This document shows positions 25,809-29,844 of a stretch of DNA of 29,844 nucleotides, piece by piece; the first letter of the stretch is position 1; every line of letters starts with the position of its first letter. Position numbers and translations under genes: made by a program. Below the pieces are notes generated by a model, which saw only the letters and a list, made by a program, of their open reading frames with translations, searched no databases and was not told the origin of the DNA. The stretch covers positions 1 to 29,844 of IMG/VR virus record IMGVR_UViG_3300002307_002049; one strand, 5' to 3'. Source of the stretch: a virus (lineage: Duplodnaviria; Caudoviricetes).

Positions 25809-26766
25809 CAGGGTTTGGCATTATTTTAGCCATAGTTTGTCCACCTCGTAAAGAAGTTAGATGGCCAGGCTTGCGTAATTCTATCCAGGACATAGGGCTG
25901 TTATATTCGTGATAAAAAAATTCAATTGAGTAATTTAATCGTTTTGCTAGATTTTTAATTATAGTAGCCCTGTTGTAGCTTGCATAATTATTTTCTACCA
26001 AGATTAACCCCGCCGGTCTCTCACAATCGTTAAAGGTCATAATCAGCGTTCCTCCTGGGCGAAGTTTTTGATAGATTTCTACAAGATATTTTTCAATCAT
26101 TTCGAACGGTCTAAAATCAAAATAATGATAGGCCAAACAAATACCAAACTGTTCATTGGGTATTTTTTCTAAGATGTTGTGATCAAACGATTCTTTAATA
26201 ACATACTTACGCAATCTTTTTTGGTAAGTTTCGGCGTAGCTTGATAGATCCACCAAATCCAACAGATCATAGCTTTCATCAACAAGATACAAAGGATCAT
26301 TACCCACCATGTACTGCATAAATGGTTCTTCGCCTGGATGTATGATCATGCCTGGATAATGCCAATTGTTGTGTTGCATTATTCGAGCTACAAATAGAGT
26401 TTCAGTTTTGGGATCAATTTTAAATTGGCGATTACGGAACTGTTTTGGAAAGTTTGGGTGTTGGGACAATCTTTGGTCTAGCTCCGATTTGTACCATTGA
26501 GAACTGCGCTGGAACCATTCTTTTTCTTCTTGTTCGATTTGATTTTTTATTTGCGCCTTTAGTTCGTCTAGTATTTTTTCAAAATCAGTGAATCCTGACA
26601 GTATTTCTTGATGTTTAATTTGTAGACTTTCGGTGTTGATAGCACCTGATGAACGTTGTGCAACAAACATGACCTTGAATAATTCCTGCAACACATTATT
26701 GTGTACGTCAACAGACGATACCTGTTGCAGTTGTTCCCAAAAAGTTATAAGTTCTCGAAATGTCAT
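25792..26766 (-). CDS. Coiled-coil plus degenerate SAM methyltransferase-like protein
   Basis: C-terminal YLVEIYQKLRPGGTLIMTF motif; TAATG coupling with the polymerase C-half. Confidence 0.55.
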   Translation of the reverse strand: MTFRELITFWEQLQQVSSVDVHNNVLQELFKVMFVAQRSSGAINTESLQIKHQEILSGFTDFEKILDELKAQIKNQIEQEEKEWFQRSSQWYKSELDQRLSQHPNFPKQFRNRQFKIDPKTETLFVARIMQHNNWHYPGMIIHPGEEPFMQYMVGNDPLYLVDESYDLLDLVDLSSYAETYQKRLRKYVIKESFDHNILEKIPNEQFGICLAYHYFDFRPFEMIEKYLVEIYQKLRPGGTLIMTFNDCERPAGLILVENNYASYNRATIIKNLAKRLNYSIEFFYHEYNSPMSWIELRKPGHLTSLRGGQTMAKIMPNPVANSK

Positions 26767-27752
26767 TAGGTCCACGAAAACAGTGTTTGGAATGTATTTT
26801 CAGTGTTGGTAGCCGATGCCAAGTCCCAATCTAGCACACTTAATAGGTTGTCAATCTTTTGATCTACCACCGTGGCTTCCATTTCACCATCGTCAAACGG
26901 CAGATCCTTGAACCATTGTGGCAGGTGTATTTCGTCTGTGGGATAGCCAATTGATGTCCAACCTAGGGGATTGTTTTTTAGTTTACACACAATGGTTTTC
27001 ATACCATCCACAATCTGTAGACTGTATCGGTCACCATTCATGGCTCGCAAACTATTCCAGTTTAAGGCTGCACGTACATGACCGGGCATGTTGGCCTTGC
27101 CTAGCCGTTCTTCTTCTTTGCCATACTTGGTCAAATTGTTCACACGTTTGGGTGAACCTTTTTCCCACCCGGGTCTGTCTTTAAACACATACTTGAACTC
27201 ACGAATCTTTTCTATAATTTCTTCACGTGTGGCACCAGTCAACACATCGTCTAATATAGTGCTCAAGAATTCTTGGATGATCTTGGGTGTGTCTGATCTT
27301 TTAAGATCCAAGCCCATGGCCTTGACCTTGCCAGGTCGACCATTGACATCTTGCCTCTTGCCTTCTTTGTCAATAATCATGACAGCATAGCGTTTCTTGG
27401 TGATGAATAGACCTTTGCTTGCTACCACTTCACGACCGCCACGTATCACTGCGCCCATTTCTCTAGGCACATGGAATGCAGTTTCCATAAAGCCTGGAAA
27501 GCTGGCATTGACCTGATCGGCAATACTATCATACAACTGTATGGCAATTTCTTTTGACCATGACATGGTACCTGCATCTATTTCACTCTTTAGCACAGGA
27601 TAAGCGGTAAAATAACAACTATCGGTATTATGCACTAATATGTCGTTGGCAAAAAAATACGGGTCCTGATCTTCTATACTGAGATCATACACATAGTCAT
27701 CTACTTCGCCAAGACATTCGATACTCTTTACGGTTGTTCTTGTAATATCCAT
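26766..27752 (-). CDS. DNA polymerase B C-terminal half, preceded by a 42-aa C-intein
   Basis: VYDLSI...FFANDILVHN|TDS junction, then KKRYA and KAMGLDLKRSDTP. Confidence 0.93.
   Translation of the reverse strand: MDITRTTVKSIECLGEVDDYVYDLSIEDQDPYFFANDILVHNTDSCYFTAYPVLKSEIDAGTMSWSKEIAIQLYDSIADQVNASFPGFMETAFHVPREMGAVIRGGREVVASKGLFITKKRYAVMIIDKEGKRQDVNGRPGKVKAMGLDLKRSDTPKIIQEFLSTILDDVLTGATREEIIEKIREFKYVFKDRPGWEKGSPKRVNNLTKYGKEEERLGKANMPGHVRAALNWNSLRAMNGDRYSLQIVDGMKTIVCKLKNNPLGWTSIGYPTDEIHLPQWFKDLPFDDGEMEATVVDQKIDNLLSVLDWDLASATNTENTFQTLFSWT
27627..27752 (-). mobile_element. Split intein, C-terminal part (IntC, 42 aa)
   Basis: Block F (VYDLSI) and block G (FFANDILVHN), followed by Thr+1. Confidence 0.92.
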
Positions 27753-28687
27753 TCTGTTACCTTATCAATTGTTTTGACTTTATTATTTCGAAAATCTGAT
27801 TCCCAAACTACTAATGTTTTAAATCCCAAATCCTGTGCTGTTTGCAATTTTAACATATTTTGGTGCCATATATCAACCGCTAGTGTGCCTCTTATTGTAG
27901 CGGTGCCAGTATAGATATTGGGGTTAGCATGCCAATAATCACCATTGAATTCAATAATACAATTGCCGTGTTTTACATCATAGACAACATAGGTATTCAA
28001 TAAATGAGACCATTTACCAAATGGTCGTTTAGATGAAGTATATTCAAGAGGTCCTACTTTATCTTCAAGCATGTTTGTAAATTCTTCTTCAAGATTACTA
28101 ATATATCTTCCTCCAGAATTTTTTCTTGACAAGATAATGTCTACCGCCTCGTCCAAGGTAATTCCTAATTTTTCAGAAATACTCACCGGGTCATGTGGGT
28201 CTTTCTTTTTCTTATTAACTTCAAGATATTTTTTTATACCATTGGTTGCACCGTACTTTTCAATAAAATATTCCTTGGTATTGGTATATCCTTGTCGTTC
28301 GCAATATTCTTGCCATTTAGCAACTCCAATTTCTTCGCCATAACGTGTGATCATGTTTTTAATAGTTACTGCTCTTGATGAATTATACTCGTCAAACTGT
28401 TTGCGTGTCCAGCCGTATTTTTCATGTTTGTATTCAAAAGTATTAGTGGTTGCTTGCACATTACAATACTCATTCCATCGTTTTTGACCTTCCACAGTTC
28501 CGTATTTTTTGATAGCTGAGTTAAGTGTGAACCCGTATTTTTTCTTTAATTCTGAATCTACTATCTCACTACCAGGATGTGCGGCCATATACTCCTTGCC
28601 GTTTTTGAATTTTCCGGTACAGTTGTATTTGAAGTGTGTCCACTGCAATCTCGGGGCTGAATACCCGCACTCTAAGCATGTTGGCAT
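27728..28687 (-). CDS. Free-standing Vsr-like/PD-(D/E)XK homing endonuclease between the polymerase halves
   Basis: N-terminal CxxC...H...C, KYG repeats, and C-terminal YD...IIEFNGDYWH...GFKTLVVWE; AT-rich, with its own TAAATA and AGGAG. Confidence 0.85.
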   Translation of the reverse strand: MPTCLECGYSAPRLQWTHFKYNCTGKFKNGKEYMAAHPGSEIVDSELKKKYGFTLNSAIKKYGTVEGQKRWNEYCNVQATTNTFEYKHEKYGWTRKQFDEYNSSRAVTIKNMITRYGEEIGVAKWQEYCERQGYTNTKEYFIEKYGATNGIKKYLEVNKKKKDPHDPVSISEKLGITLDEAVDIILSRKNSGGRYISNLEEEFTNMLEDKVGPLEYTSSKRPFGKWSHLLNTYVVYDVKHGNCIIEFNGDYWHANPNIYTGTATIRGTLAVDIWHQNMLKLQTAQDLGFKTLVVWESDFRNNKVKTIDKVTEWILQEQP

Positions 28688-28714
28688 ATGATGATACTCC
28701 TATCTTCATAGTAT

Positions 28715-29065
28715 TTATGTATTCAGACAAATAATTAAATCTTTATCCTGGATATCGTTGGGTTTTACTTCCATCAGAAATCCGTCACGATCTACCATTA
28801 CACTATGGTCTTCGGTTACAGTAACCGATTTATTATTTTCTAGCGTAATTTTGTAAAGTTTCTTTTTTGTTTTGTGACGCATTACATAAGATATATTGCT
28901 CATTATAGGAGAATCTTCATACGCATTAAACCCTACGACTTTGGCCAGTGCCCCGGTAGCATATTCCTTATTACCAACAATACAATGTTCGGGAGTCTGT
29001 CTAAATAATTCTTCAATAGCTATTTCTCCAGAATCAGTCTTAATAAGAGTATCGCCGGTTACACT
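28715..29065 (-). mobile_element. Split intein, N-terminal part (IntN, 116 aa)
   Basis: Block A (SVTGDTLI) after YGD, block B (VTVTEDHS), then a stop codon. Confidence 0.92.
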
Positions 29066-29844
29066 GTCACCATAAATGATTGCTTCGCCCACGTGATCGT
29101 ATTGGCCAGTAATGCATTCATTTACATACGCATCCATATGACGTGCAATGGCCCGTCCGGTAAGAGTCGTGGATTGTCCAATACGCTTATCAAAGAACCT
29201 GCAACCAGGATTAAGAATAGCACCATATAGGCTATTAAGATTAATCTTCTTGACCAACTGTCTTTTATCCCAATATTCTTCATCATTTTTATCTGTACAT
29301 TCTTTAAGTTTGGCCTGCATGTCTTTACGTTCGGCATACCAACGTTTGAGCAGGCCTGGAATTACGGCTTCACGTTCATATGTAAATATTGTGCCGTTGG
29401 CAGTGATCATCCAAGGTTGGTTTGAATCAAATATCATCTTCCATACCTCAGCGGCACTGTGTACTGTTTCTGCACCATCACTCCAGTCTATGGTAACTTC
29501 AGTACCACGTTGTTGTTCCATTACTGCGGTGTATTCTAGTGATCCAAACAGGCCTTCCCATGCGGCAGCAAAGCTGGCTCCACCACGCATCTTGTCTGCG
29601 ATATACCGGTCGGTCATTGTTTGACGCAGTTGTCCAACAATGGTTTCTGGCCCCATGTTGAGAGCACGGATCGCCGACGGATACAAACTGTTAATGTCAA
29701 TTGATCCGATGTATTCGTGGATGCCTTTTTTAGGGTAAGCAACATAGGCACCTGCGGCTTGCGTATCTTCATCTGAAAGCCTTTCTCTACGGTTAGGAAC
29801 TACCATACCTCGTTCATGTGCTTCATTAATAATGGCCTGTTCGG
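28715..29844 (-). CDS. DNA polymerase B N-terminal half (5' truncated by window) fused to the N-intein
   Basis: Motif A (DINSLYPS), motif B (KINLNSLYG) and motif C start (IYGD); the frame stays open to the window edge. Confidence 0.93.
   Translation of the reverse strand, partial: EQAIINEAHERGMVVPNRRERLSDEDTQAAGAYVAYPKKGIHEYIGSIDINSLYPSAIRALNMGPETIVGQLRQTMTDRYIADKMRGGASFAAAWEGLFGSLEYTAVMEQQRGTEVTIDWSDGAETVHSAAEVWKMIFDSNQPWMITANGTIFTYEREAVIPGLLKRWYAERKDMQAKLKECTDKNDEEYWDKRQLVKKINLNSLYGAILNPGCRFFDKRIGQSTTLTGRAIARHMDAYVNECITGQYDHVGEAIIYGDSVTGDTLIKTDSGEIAIEELFRQTPEHCIVGNKEYATGALAKVVGFNAYEDSPIMSNISYVMRHKTKKKLYKITLENNKSVTVTEDHSVMVDRDGFLMEVKPNDIQDKDLIICLNT

Noticed and set aside
27728-28714. Intron or single contiguous intein in the polymerase
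   Set aside because: IntN ends in a stop, the endonuclease has its own RBS and frame, and IntC has its own ATG, so the layout fits a split intein.
1-29844. CRISPR arrays, rRNA, IS elements, alternative genetic code, and the many short antisense ORFs in the track
   Set aside because: No repeat-spacer arrays, rRNA or transposase motifs were seen. Genes read intact in the standard code with all three stop codons used. The antisense ORFs are shadows of well-supported genes.

Overview
This is a 29.8-kb segment of a large dsDNA (jumbo or T4-like) bacteriophage genome, almost all on the minus strand. A Burkholderiales-style OmpA hints at a betaproteobacterial host. From right to left it holds four blocks. 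(1) A family-B DNA polymerase fractured at motif C (YGD|TDS) by a naturally split intein, with a free-standing Vsr-like endonuclease gene between the halves, followed by a probable sliding clamp. (2) A 7-deazaguanine DNA-modification region (dpdA-like transglycosylase, QueD paralog with LxxxHRHxF, folE, queD, queE; no queC in the window). It is interleaved with two glycosyltransferases, GalE, a short DegT-like enzyme, an NDP-sugar dehydrogenase, NadE, a purine phosphoribosyltransferase, a cytidylyltransferase, a HIT hydrolase and a methyltransferase. An HNH cassette has inserted into the folE 3' end, replacing the C-terminus and stranding the old one as a 33-aa mini-ORF. (3) A 5'-3' exonuclease, a MazG-like enzyme, tRNA-Ile2(CAU), ompA, a GIY-YIG endonuclease and a circularly permuted (two-piece) tmRNA with a 29-codon tag. 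(4) A glycan-tailoring and radical SAM cluster. All calls come from reading motifs by eye; no database searches were run.
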